Source: Paracoccaceae bacterium (GTDB taxonomy: Bacteria; Pseudomonadota; Alphaproteobacteria; Rhodobacterales; Rhodobacteraceae). From it: a stretch of 53,057 nt of DNA. This document shows, one piece after another, positions 19,753 through 28,957 of the stretch. Position numbers and translations under genes: made by a program. The stretch's first letter is position 1; each line of letters begins with the position of its first letter. The notes under the pieces were generated by a model. The model worked only from the letters and a program-made list of their open reading frames with translations, was not told the origin of the DNA and ran no database searches. The DNA is taken from contig JAPOOS010000315.1 in NCBI GenBank assembly GCA_026713305.1, positions 1 through 53,057 of the forward strand, written 5' to 3'.

Positions 19753-20268
19753 TCAATCAATTCCAATCGATGTTTGTTGATTCGAGGGCTGTCGGACCGC
19801 CTGTGCAAGTCCATACATCCACAACAGCAAAAACAAAAGAAAAACTGCAATCGTCACGATTTGGTGTCCGAGCGCCGCCGACGAAAGGGTGCCGGCCAGT
19901 CCCAGTGGCAATGCCCAAGGCGAAACTGCCAGCAGCGACCAAAAAAGAACGACTCTGGACTGGCGCCAAGTGACATTCCATCCGACAGTCTTCAAAATCT
20001 GCGCTGCAACCGCCGCCACCAAGTTTAATGCCAAGGGAGCAACAATCATCGTTCCCAAAAACCGTCCTGCGGCGAGCGCCTCAAGCGGCGCTTCGAGCGG
20101 AGTCTCGGACGAAGCTCTCAGCAACCCAGGCAGTTGGCCGACAAAGAGCAGCAGGCAGGCTACCGTCAAATGCATGAATGAACTGGCGTCTCCCGTCGAT
20201 TCAAGCTTCCGTCGGAACACCCGGCGCGGACTGTGGTAGGTTGCCAGCACATCGCTTGCGGCCGTCAT
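19753..20268 (-). CDS. Membrane protein (possible second Yip1-like paralog) embedded in suf operon
   Basis: 171 aa with 4-5 hydrophobic helices. The start shows a 4-nt ATGA-type overlap with the sufD stop (20265-20268). Confidence 0.45.
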   Translation of the reverse strand: MTAASDVLATYHSPRRVFRRKLESTGDASSFMHLTVACLLLFVGQLPGLLRASSETPLEAPLEALAAGRFLGTMIVAPLALNLVAAVAAQILKTVGWNVTWRQSRVVLFWSLLAVSPWALPLGLAGTLSSAALGHQIVTIAVFLLFLLLWMYGLAQAVRQPSNQQTSIGID

Positions 20269-21584
20269 TGGTGGTGGCGAGCAAGCCAGTCAAGCAGAAG
20301 TTCCTGCAACGCTTCGGTAAGGCGCGTGTCCTCAATCTCGTCAAGCGCCTGCCTGAGAAACGCAAGCGCCAGCATGTCCTGAGCCTGCACGCTCGGGATG
20401 CCTCTGGAACGCAGATAGAACAGCGCCTCTTCGTCAACCGAGCCGCATGTCGAACCGTGCGAACAGGCAACGTCGTCGGCGTAGATTTCCAGTTCGGGCT
20501 TGGCCAGGAACTGGCATAGATCGTCGAGCAGCAATCCCTGGCTCAACTGGTAGCCGTCGGTTTTCTGGGCGCCCGGCTTGACGAGAATCTTTCCCTGGAA
20601 CACGCCGACGGCGCCATTGCGCAACACCTTCTTGAACACCTGGCGACTCTCGCAATCGAGGCTGTCGTGGGTTACAAACACCGTGTCGTCATGATGAAAC
20701 TTGCTGTCGCCGACGGCGGCGCCGGCAACATGGGCGGTTGACCCGTCTCCCGTCATCGTGATCACGCATTCGTTGCGCGTCATCAGCCCATTGACGGAAA
20801 GCGTGAAGGACCTGAACGTCGATTCCGCGCCCAGTCTCGCAAACACATGCCCCGAAGAAACACGCTCATGTTCACGCCCCTGGACCTGAACGTGGTGAAA
20901 GCTTGCGCCGTCTTCCACTTCAACTTCCAGGACCTTGTTGGTGCGCCGCGCCAAGGTGCCTGTTTCCAGAATTGTGAGGCTTGCGCCGCGCTCGACCTTG
21001 AACACATGACGCACCACCGCGTCTTCCTGCTGTTCCGATGCTGAATATCGTATCTCCACAGGTTTCGCATTGATGCCATCTGCCCTGATGCACACGCCAC
21101 AGCGCGCATAGCGGGTGTTGACCGCTGCCAGCGCTCTCGGCACCGGAGCATGCGCCTGCGACTCCAATTCGCCGAAGACTTCGTGAACCCACGAGCTGTC
21201 CCTAAGGCTTGCCTGCTCAATGGAACAAGCGGAGCCATGTTCTACGATGTCCGGGGATAGTTCGAATTCGGCGTCATCCCCATCAATGTCGATGACGCTT
21301 CTCGGAATTCCATCGAACAGCGCACGTGGCGAGATTCCCTGCTGCACCGGATCTTGCCAGTCGCCGACCATGGACAGCTCGAAGCTGCGTCCGAAATGCG
21401 GCGTGATCGAGGATGACAGACTGTGCAAGCTATGAATCTGGTTCAGCTCCGACGGGTCCGTGAATTTCCAGTATTCCTGCCCGCGCTTTGGCAGGCCGCA
21501 AGCTTCCAGCCTGTCTGCCGCCTGCCTTCTTGCAGCCGCAAACGGATCATCCCGCGAAATGTACTGCGCGTCACCAAGCGTCAT
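20265..21584 (-). CDS. sufD: Fe-S cluster assembly protein SufD
   Basis: SufD beta-helix body and C-terminal motif (ELEIYADDVACSHGSTCG...ALFYLRSRGI), lying between sufC and sufS. Start is taken at Met44 (MTLGDAQYI), downstream of the sufC stop at 21625. Confidence 0.88.
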   Translation of the reverse strand: MTLGDAQYISRDDPFAAARRQAADRLEACGLPKRGQEYWKFTDPSELNQIHSLHSLSSSITPHFGRSFELSMVGDWQDPVQQGISPRALFDGIPRSVIDIDGDDAEFELSPDIVEHGSACSIEQASLRDSSWVHEVFGELESQAHAPVPRALAAVNTRYARCGVCIRADGINAKPVEIRYSASEQQEDAVVRHVFKVERGASLTILETGTLARRTNKVLEVEVEDGASFHHVQVQGREHERVSSGHVFARLGAESTFRSFTLSVNGLMTRNECVITMTGDGSTAHVAGAAVGDSKFHHDDTVFVTHDSLDCESRQVFKKVLRNGAVGVFQGKILVKPGAQKTDGYQLSQGLLLDDLCQFLAKPELEIYADDVACSHGSTCGSVDEEALFYLRSRGIPSVQAQDMLALAFLRQALDEIEDTRLTEALQELLLDWLARHHQ

Positions 21585-21624
21585 TGTCCACCCTTGCCGA
21601 CGCTGTCGTTTCCAGCCGGCCGTT

Positions 21625-22380
21625 TCATGCGTTTCCGGCCGGCGCCGGCTTGTAGCCGGTTTCCTCGACCCGCATTGCCAATTCCGGGCCTCCGGTTTCG
21701 ACGATGCGTCCATTCACCAGGATGTGGACCACGTCCGGTTCGATGTAGTTAAGGAGCCGCTGGTAATGCGTGATGACCAGGATCGCCCGCCCCGGGCCTC
21801 GCAGCGAATTCACTCCTGCAGCAACCTGGCGCAACGCATCGATGTCCAGCCCTGAATCGGTCTCGTCAAGAATGCACATCTTCGGTTCGAACACTGCCAT
21901 TTGCAGGATCTCGTTGCGCTTCTTTTCGCCCCCGGAAAACCCGTAGTTGACCGGACGTTTCAGCATGCCGGGATCGACGTGCAGCTGCCGGGCCTTGCTT
22001 CGAACCAGTCTCAGGAAGTCCGCGGCCGACACCTCGGGTAGCCCGCGTGCCTTTCTCTGCGAGTTCAGCGCTGTGCGCATGAACGTCATGTTGCCCACGC
22101 CGGGGATTTCGACCGGATACTGGAATGCGAGGAACAATCCGGCGGCGGACCGCTCTTCCGGTTCCATTTCCAGAATGTCGTTGCCGTCCATTTCGACCTT
22201 GCCATCGGTAACCTTGTACCCGTCCCGTCCAGCGAGGACGTACGACAGAGTTGACTTTCCCGACCCGTTCGGTCCCATGATGGCGTGAATCTCGCCGTCC
22301 TCCATTTGCAGGTCCAGCCCGTTGAGAATCGGAGTGTTCTCGTCTTCCAGGCAGGCATGCAAATTCGTAATCTTAATCAA
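21625..22380 (-). CDS. sufC: Fe-S cluster assembly ATPase SufC
   Basis: Walker A GPNGSGKST, signature FSGGEKKRNEILQ, Walker B ILDETDSGLDIDAL, and H-loop ITHYQRLL. Confidence 0.95.
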   Translation of the reverse strand: MIKITNLHACLEDENTPILNGLDLQMEDGEIHAIMGPNGSGKSTLSYVLAGRDGYKVTDGKVEMDGNDILEMEPEERSAAGLFLAFQYPVEIPGVGNMTFMRTALNSQRKARGLPEVSAADFLRLVRSKARQLHVDPGMLKRPVNYGFSGGEKKRNEILQMAVFEPKMCILDETDSGLDIDALRQVAAGVNSLRGPGRAILVITHYQRLLNYIEPDVVHILVNGRIVETGGPELAMRVEETGYKPAPAGNA

Positions 22381-22479
22381 ACTGTTATCTCCACGAATAG
22401 ACGCAGGTCATCACGGGCGCCTTCGCCACGGCAGCGGGCCTGAGCGAGGCTCGGAACTTGCGCGGGATGACTGAAAGGC

Positions 22480-22983
22480 TCAGAATTCTTCGCCATCGAA
22501 GTAGCTGACGGCGCTTTCGGCGCGGCCGACGAATCGCATGTGCGCATTGGCAAAGTCGGGGCCGGGCCGAATCGCGATGGCCGCGAACTTGTCGCTGTCA
22601 GGATACTCGCAAATGTCCGGGTCCTGCTTGGTCGAAATTGCAAGATACTTCAACTTGTCAGCGCCTCGATTGATGATTTGGTGTGCAGTTCCAGGGCCGC
22701 CGCGGGGGGCGGCGCACAAATCGCCTGCGGCAATTTCGTACTCCTGGTCGCCGTATCTGTAAACTCCCGTGCCTTCCAGCACAACAAAGAGCTCGTCGTT
22801 TCCCAAGTGACTGTGAAATGGAAAGGCTCGCTTGCCGGGCTCCACCTCGATGTACATGCATCCAATTCCGTCCAACTTGAGTTGCGGACCCAGCGGCGCA
22901 AGGTCGGCGCCGAACCTTTGTGAGTTGCCGGGAGTTGAATTGAAGGTTTCAACTTCCGCGAGTCTGACGATCGGACTGGTCAT
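22480..22983 (-). CDS. Cupin-domain protein inserted between sufB and sufC
   Basis: Cupin_2 motifs G(X)5HxH and G(X)5PxG: EPGKRAFPFHSHLGNDELFVVLEG and GDLCAAPRG. Start is taken at MTSPIVRL. Confidence 0.7.
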   Translation of the reverse strand: MTSPIVRLAEVETFNSTPGNSQRFGADLAPLGPQLKLDGIGCMYIEVEPGKRAFPFHSHLGNDELFVVLEGTGVYRYGDQEYEIAAGDLCAAPRGGPGTAHQIINRGADKLKYLAISTKQDPDICEYPDSDKFAAIAIRPGPDFANAHMRFVGRAESAVSYFDGEEF

Positions 22984-23063
22984 GCGAATCTTCTTTGTTC
23001 TCGATTTCCTGCAAGGCGTCGATGTGCTGGAGCCATGCGCAGCCCACACCAGGAGAAATGGTT

Positions 23064-24587
23064 CTATCCGACCGAACCTTCAAGCGATATCGCCACGAGC
23101 TGCTGTGCCTCCATTGCAAATTCCATGGGCAGCGACTGCAACACCTCCCGGCAGAACCCGTTGACGACAAGCGCCACGGCCTCTTCCTCGTTCATGCCTC
23201 TTTGACGACAGTAAAACAGTTGGTCGTCGTCAACCTTCGATGTCGTTGCTTCATGCTCAACGCGTGAAGAATTGTTCTTGACTTCGATGTATGGCACGGT
23301 GTGAGCGCCGCAGGTTTCGCCAATCAGCAAACTGTCGCACTGAGTGTAGTTGCGGCTTCGCTTTGCGCGGGGATGCACGGACACCAGCCCGCGGTATGTA
23401 TTCTGCGCATGCCCTGCCGAAATGCCTTTCGACACGATGCGGGAACGGGAATCAGCGCCCAGATGCACCATCTTTGTTCCGGTGTCTGCCTGCTGACGGT
23501 TGTTCGTGATGGCGATTGAATAGAACTCGCCTTGCGATTCGCGTCCGCGCAGGATGCACGAAGGATATTTCCATGTGACTGCCGAACCGGTCTCGACCTG
23601 AGTCCACATGACACGGGCCCTGTCTCCCCGACAATCGGCGCGCTTGGTTACGAAGTTGTATATGCCGCCCCGTCCCTGCTCGTCGCCTGGATACCAGTTC
23701 TGCACGGTTGAGTACTTTATCGACGCATCCTCGAGCGCCACGAGCTCGACGACCGCTGCGTGCAACTGCACTGAATCGCGTTGCGGCGCCGTGCATCCCT
23801 CAAGATAGCTGACATGCGCACCCTTGTCGGCGATGATCAACGTTCGTTCGAACTGCCCGGTGTTCTCCGCATTGATGCGGAAGTAGGTCGACAGCTCCAT
23901 TGGACAGCGCACCCCCGGAGGCACGTACACGAACGACCCATCGGTGAACACAGCCGAGTTCAGGGTGGCGAAGAAATTGTCGGTGATCGGAACGACCGAG
24001 CCGAGATACTTGCGTACCAGTTCCGGGTGTTCTTCGATGGCTTCCGAGATTGAACAGAATATCACCCCGGCCTTGCGCAGCTCTTCCTTGTAGGTCGTTC
24101 CAACCGACACGGAATCGAACACGGCGTCGACGGCCACCTGACGTCCTTCCATCGGGCGCTCTCCGGCGCCGTCGACTCCCGCCAGGATCATCTGCTCCTT
24201 GAGAGGTATGCCCAGCTTGGCGTAGGTGGCGAGCAGCTTTGGATCCACTTCATCGAGGGACTTCGGGCGTTTCTTCATGCTCTTGGGCTTGGCGTAGTAG
24301 TACTGATCCTGATAGTCGATGTGCGGATAGTCGACCATCGCCCAAGTGGGCTCGTTCATGTTCTGCCAACGCGCAAAGGCTCGCAGTCTCCAGTCCGTCA
24401 TCCAGCTCGGTTCGTTGTTCTTGCCGGAAATCAGCCTGACGATGTCCTCGCTGAGACCTCGCGGGGCAAACTCCATTTCAATGTCGGTGTTCCAGCCGTG
24501 CTTGTAGCGACCGCCAACCGACTTGACGGTTGCGACCGTTTCGGCATCAACACCTTCCCTTACCTGCACGTAGTCCATGGCATCCAT
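23064..24587 (-). CDS. sufB: Fe-S cluster assembly scaffold SufB
   Basis: 507 aa with highly conserved SufB blocks ([69 protein letters not shown]). Confidence 0.96.
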   Translation of the reverse strand: MDAMDYVQVREGVDAETVATVKSVGGRYKHGWNTDIEMEFAPRGLSEDIVRLISGKNNEPSWMTDWRLRAFARWQNMNEPTWAMVDYPHIDYQDQYYYAKPKSMKKRPKSLDEVDPKLLATYAKLGIPLKEQMILAGVDGAGERPMEGRQVAVDAVFDSVSVGTTYKEELRKAGVIFCSISEAIEEHPELVRKYLGSVVPITDNFFATLNSAVFTDGSFVYVPPGVRCPMELSTYFRINAENTGQFERTLIIADKGAHVSYLEGCTAPQRDSVQLHAAVVELVALEDASIKYSTVQNWYPGDEQGRGGIYNFVTKRADCRGDRARVMWTQVETGSAVTWKYPSCILRGRESQGEFYSIAITNNRQQADTGTKMVHLGADSRSRIVSKGISAGHAQNTYRGLVSVHPRAKRSRNYTQCDSLLIGETCGAHTVPYIEVKNNSSRVEHEATTSKVDDDQLFYCRQRGMNEEEAVALVVNGFCREVLQSLPMEFAMEAQQLVAISLEGSVG

Positions 24588-24608
24588 TCTCTTTGCAAAT
24601 CTCGGGGG

Positions 24609-25679
24609 CTAACCCCACCCGATTGGTTCGCCCGACCGGCGCTGCCTTCCTATGCGCCGCCAACGGCGATTCCAAGTGTCAGCAAACCTCGTGACATCCG
24701 CCATTTTGGTAGATGGACCCAGCGACACGCGAATTGCGCAGTCCGAAACTCCGCCACGCACGCCCATGGCCCGCAGGACATTGCTTGGAGCAACCTTTCC
24801 CGACGAGCACGCGGACCCGGCTGAAACCGAGAAACCTCTCAAGTCCATATCTATTACTTGCGCCTCGCCTTTCCAACCTCTAGCGGCAAAACAACTCGTG
24901 TTTGGCAGCCGAACGGCTTCCTTGCCGAAGAAAACCACATCTTCGTGACACTCGACTATGACTGACTCCATTGCATCGCGGAGTTTTTCGACCTTCCGCC
25001 AAGTTCCGTTCTCAACCTCCGCCTGAGCAGCCACGGCAGCGGCCGCAAATCCGGCAATTCCGGCCACGTTCTCCGTTCCCGATCGTCGGCCGAATTCCTG
25101 TCCGCCTCCCTTGACCCTGTGTTGCAGTTCGACACCGGCAAAGTTGACCACGGCGCCGACTCCCTTTGGCCCGCCAATCTTGTGTGCGGAGACAAAAGCC
25201 ACGTCAACCTTGCGCGCAAGCTGCCGAACGTCGATCTTGCCGAACGCCTGGGTGGCATCGCATGCGGCGAGTCCCGCCGGCAGTCGCTGAACGACGCCGG
25301 TTTCGCTGTTGGCCAGCTGTACCGCCGAGCAACGGGGTTCGACGACCTGCACCGTTCCGCACTCGAGGACTGGAAGGTCGGGCTGCGTCCAGGCGCGCAC
25401 GCAATCATGCTCTATCTCGGAGGAATGCAGGTTCCGGCCTGCAAGCGCAAGCGACGCAGCCTCGGTGGCGCCGGAGGTGAAGGTAATGTTGGCAGGGTCA
25501 GTTTCAAAGACAGTTCCAAGCTGCAGCCTTGCCCGGTCGACAATGGCGCGGGCGGCTCGGCCTTCCCGATGAACCGATGAAGGATTGCCCCAGCAGGCAA
25601 GGGCTTCGATCATGGCGCTGCTGGCTTCCGGACGCAGTGGCGCCGACGCGTTCCAGTCCAGGTAGACGCGAGGTTGCAT
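24609..25679 (-). CDS. NifS/IscS-like cysteine desulfurase (group I, short form)
   Basis: 356 aa class V aminotransferase with PLP-Lys SAHKIGGPKGVGA and catalytic loop SAGSACSSG. Lies between the rrf2 regulator and sufB. Confidence 0.85.
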   Translation of the reverse strand: MQPRVYLDWNASAPLRPEASSAMIEALACWGNPSSVHREGRAARAIVDRARLQLGTVFETDPANITFTSGATEAASLALAGRNLHSSEIEHDCVRAWTQPDLPVLECGTVQVVEPRCSAVQLANSETGVVQRLPAGLAACDATQAFGKIDVRQLARKVDVAFVSAHKIGGPKGVGAVVNFAGVELQHRVKGGGQEFGRRSGTENVAGIAGFAAAAVAAQAEVENGTWRKVEKLRDAMESVIVECHEDVVFFGKEAVRLPNTSCFAARGWKGEAQVIDMDLRGFSVSAGSACSSGKVAPSNVLRAMGVRGGVSDCAIRVSLGPSTKMADVTRFADTWNRRWRRIGRQRRSGEPIGWG

Positions 25680-25689
25680 TCCTCGTCAG

Positions 25690-26148
25690 TTATTCGTCAA
25701 CGAAATTCAGCAATGCTGGAACCGCCGGGCATGGATCCATGCGATTGTTGACAACATCCGACAGACTGTGATTGTGGAGATGAACGTAAATGACGGCGGA
25801 AAGTCCTTCCCAGAGCCGGTTTGCCAGCGACTGCTCCCTCGTGCCTGACGAAGCGCCCGACAATCCAGACCTAACCGTCACCGCCTTCATCGGCTCATCC
25901 ACAGCTTCCAGTATCTGCGTGATCTGAATGTCTTCGGATGGCTTCACCAATCGATATCCTCCGCCGGGTCCACGCACAGCTTCGACGATACCCGCCTTGC
26001 GCAGCTTCAGAAACAGCTGCTCGAGGTAGGCGGAGGAGATCTGCTGGCTGGAGGCAATCTCGCCCAGGGAGACAACTCCGCTGTCCTGCGTCCTGGCAAG
26101 GTGAACAAGAGCGACTACGGCGTACCTTCCCTTGGTGCTTAACTTCAT
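25690..26148 (-). CDS. Rrf2-family transcriptional regulator (IscR-like), first gene of the isc/suf operon
   Basis: Rrf2 wHTH N-terminus (MKLSTKGRYAVVALVHLA...ISSAYLEQLFLKLRKAGIVEAVRGPGGGYRL). The whole protein contains only one Cys. Confidence 0.88.
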   Translation of the reverse strand: MKLSTKGRYAVVALVHLARTQDSGVVSLGEIASSQQISSAYLEQLFLKLRKAGIVEAVRGPGGGYRLVKPSEDIQITQILEAVDEPMKAVTVRSGLSGASSGTREQSLANRLWEGLSAVIYVHLHNHSLSDVVNNRMDPCPAVPALLNFVDE

Positions 26149-26314
26149 GGTAGTGTGGCCGTGCTAGCTGATTGACAAAAGTTTGGCTCTTGTTTAGGGA
26201 GGCGGGCTGGCTGGCAGTTCCGTTTCCGCGGGTTACATTAGGTTCATTCGTCGGTTCGGTCAAGTTTGGGGCCGTTTCGCGGTCCATCGCTCGGAACGAA
26301 GAGGTTTGGTATAG

Positions 26315-26968
26315 ATGCCCGAAATCAATTTTTCCGGTCCGACCGGTCGTCTGCAGGGCCGCTATGACCAGCAGGCGGACCCCAACGCCGCCGTCGCGCT
26401 GTTCCTGCATCCGCATCCCAAGCTGGGCGGCACGATGAACAACAGGGTGATCTATCACCTGTTCTATGCTCTGTCCGAAGTGGGCGTAACCGTGCTCCGG
26501 TTCAATTTCCGCGGGGTCGGCCGCAGCGAGGGCGAACACAGCGGCGAAACCGGCGAGCTTTCGGATTCGGCAGCCGCCCTTTCATTTCTGCAGTCGAGAA
26601 ACCCCAATGCACGAGCGTGCATCGTCGTGGGGTTTTCGTACGGCGCCTACATCGCCATGCAGCTGCTGATGCGTCGCCCCGAGATAACCGGGTTCGTGTG
26701 CATTTCGCCGGTGGTCAACGTACAGGACTTCAGTTTCCTGGCCCCCTGCCCCACATCAGGACTGATCGTCAGCGGGTCCGCGGACTTGGTGGCTTCGCCC
26801 GGCAGGATTGCCGACCTGGCCAAGCAGCTCCAGAAGCAGGAGGAAGTCGAGGTCGTCCACAGGGTGGTGGAAGGGGCAGGCCATTTCTTCGAGGGCACCT
26901 ACATGCAGGAGCTGCAGATTGCGGTTGTGCAGTACGTCCAGACCAATCTCTACGCCAACCTGTTCTGA
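26315..26968 (+). CDS. Alpha/beta hydrolase (COG2945-like)
   Basis: 217 aa. LHPHPKLGGTMNN, RFNFRGVGRSEG, and nucleophile elbow GFSYG. Confidence 0.75.
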   Translation: MPEINFSGPTGRLQGRYDQQADPNAAVALFLHPHPKLGGTMNNRVIYHLFYALSEVGVTVLRFNFRGVGRSEGEHSGETGELSDSAAALSFLQSRNPNARACIVVGFSYGAYIAMQLLMRRPEITGFVCISPVVNVQDFSFLAPCPTSGLIVSGSADLVASPGRIADLAKQLQKQEEVEVVHRVVEGAGHFFEGTYMQELQIAVVQYVQTNLYANLF

Positions 26969-27426
26969 TCGGATTTGTCTGGCTGGCCGTACAGGTCCCG
27001 CGCCCGAGCTTCGAACGCACCCGCTATTCGATGCATCGCCTCGGTGAACACCACTCCGGCGAGCTTGCGCAGCACGGCATTCCGGAACTCGAAGTCAACT
27101 TCGAACAGCAGCCTGCATCCGTTGCGGGAGGCCTGGAACCGCCAGCTGCTGTCAAGGTGCCGCAGCGGGCCGTCGAGGTAGGCGATCACGATCCTGCTGT
27201 GATCGTGGTGGAGGTCCACCACCGATGAAAGCCGCGCCCGGTACACTTTGAAGCTGGCAATCAGGTCGGCTTCCAGCCGGTCGAATCCATCGCCCTCGCG
27301 ACGATTGCGTATGCGCGTGACTTCGCACCAGGGAATGAATGCCGGATACGACTCGATGTCCGCCACAAGGTCGTAGATCAGTTCGGGAGGATACGGGAGC
27401 CATCGCTCCTCACGGTGCCGCGGCAT
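26950..27426 (-). CDS. SRPBCC/START-domain protein (RatA / COQ10 ubiquinone-binding family)
   Basis: 158 aa. DIESYPAFIPWC motif and the usual position downstream of lipA. Confidence 0.8.
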   Translation of the reverse strand: MPRHREERWLPYPPELIYDLVADIESYPAFIPWCEVTRIRNRREGDGFDRLEADLIASFKVYRARLSSVVDLHHDHSRIVIAYLDGPLRHLDSSWRFQASRNGCRLLFEVDFEFRNAVLRKLAGVVFTEAMHRIAGAFEARARDLYGQPDKSDQNRLA

Positions 27427-27552
27427 GCCCTTGCGGTCCTATCCGCCGCCGGGCGGCGCTGACGCGGGGGCTTGAACTCTCCTTGGTCCAGCCCAGCCAC
27501 CGTTGGGCATTGCCGATGACAATTTCATGTGCTTTGCGGCTTCGGCCGGCAG

Positions 27553-28503
27553 TCAGGCCAAGGCCTGCCCACGCGCTTCCTGCAACTTCAGGAAGTCTTC
27601 GTCGGCATGGTAGCTGGAGCGTGTCATTGGCGTTGCGGACACCATCAGGAATCCCTTTCCATAGGCGGCGCTCTCAAGCGACTGAAATTCCTGGGGCGTC
27701 ACGAAGCTCTTGACCGGATGATGGCGAGCCGTCGGTTGGAGGTACTGGCCAATTGTCAGAAAATCCACTCCCGCCGATCGCAGGTCGTCCATTACCTGCA
27801 ACACCGACTGGCGGTCCTCGCCAAGCCCAACCATGATTCCGGACTTGGTGAACATCCGAGGATCAATCTCCTTGACCCTGTAGAGCAGCTGCAGGGAGTG
27901 GAAGTAGCGGGCGCCCGGCCGCACTGCCGGATAGAGGGACGGCACCGTCTCGAGGTTGTGGTTGAAGACGTCAGGGCCGGCGTCCACGATGTCGCCAACC
28001 ACCTGCGGGTCGCATCTCAAGAAATCAGGCGTCAGGATTTCGATCGTCGTGGACGGAGACTTGCGGCGGATGGCCTTGATGGTTCTTACAAACTGAGCGC
28101 CGCCGCCATCCTCCAGATCATCGCGATCAACGCTGGTGACCACCACGTGTCGCAGTCCCAACCGATCCACCGCAGCGGCCACGCGCGCGGGCTCGAACAT
28201 GTCGAGCGGGTCCGGGCGACCGGTTGCAACGTTGCAGAACGTGCAGCCACGCGTGCAGACATCGCCCAGAATCATGAATGTGGCATGGCTCTTCGACCAG
28301 CATTCCCCGATGTTCGGGCATGCAGCCTCTTCACAGACAGTCACTAGATTAAATTCCCGCACAATGCTGCGGGTGTTGCGGTATCCCTGCGAAACCGGCG
28401 CCTTTGCACGAATCCATGGAGGCTTGCGGGGGATGGCCGTGGCTGGTCGATGTGCCTTTTCTGGATGGCGCATTCGCCTGCCAGATGCATTGTGCTGACC
28501 CAT
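27553..28503 (-). CDS. lipA: Lipoyl synthase
   Basis: RHPEKAHRP...[10 protein letters not shown], auxiliary cluster [13 protein letters not shown], and radical-SAM [10 protein letters not shown]. Start is taken at Met94 of the long ORF (316 aa). Confidence 0.93.
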   Translation of the reverse strand: MGQHNASGRRMRHPEKAHRPATAIPRKPPWIRAKAPVSQGYRNTRSIVREFNLVTVCEEAACPNIGECWSKSHATFMILGDVCTRGCTFCNVATGRPDPLDMFEPARVAAAVDRLGLRHVVVTSVDRDDLEDGGGAQFVRTIKAIRRKSPSTTIEILTPDFLRCDPQVVGDIVDAGPDVFNHNLETVPSLYPAVRPGARYFHSLQLLYRVKEIDPRMFTKSGIMVGLGEDRQSVLQVMDDLRSAGVDFLTIGQYLQPTARHHPVKSFVTPQEFQSLESAAYGKGFLMVSATPMTRSSYHADEDFLKLQEARGQALA

Positions 28504-28957
28504 CCGGTCTCCCCGATCCTTGTGTTTGACTGTGAATGGCCCGCCTCTTCTGTTGAAAGGAGCCATTCCTCTCTGTATGAACCTGATGCTCAAGTAATAT
28601 AGATGCCGTGAGATTCCAACAGTCAACGAGAGTCTCGCCCAAGCTGCGGCAAAAGGCCTGACCACCGCCCAGGAGAGGCAACTTGGCTGCAGAAGCAAGC
28701 TGTCGAACGCTCGGAGGGATGACTGAATCGCTTGCGCGTCATCTCCGAGCTGCCGTCGGCGAAGCATGGGCCGGACTTGCATCCGGCCAAGTGCAGTTGC
28801 GTTCTGTCGGGATGTTCAACCGCGATGCAGAGCGTGCACGCCCGAATGCGAATGCCACGTCGAAAGGATGTGCAGTGGAAAGACCGAACCGCCTTGAAGC
28901 AATTTGTGCCTGCATTGGATGCGGCAGGCGCTTTGAGCAAGACAACCCCGGAGATGC

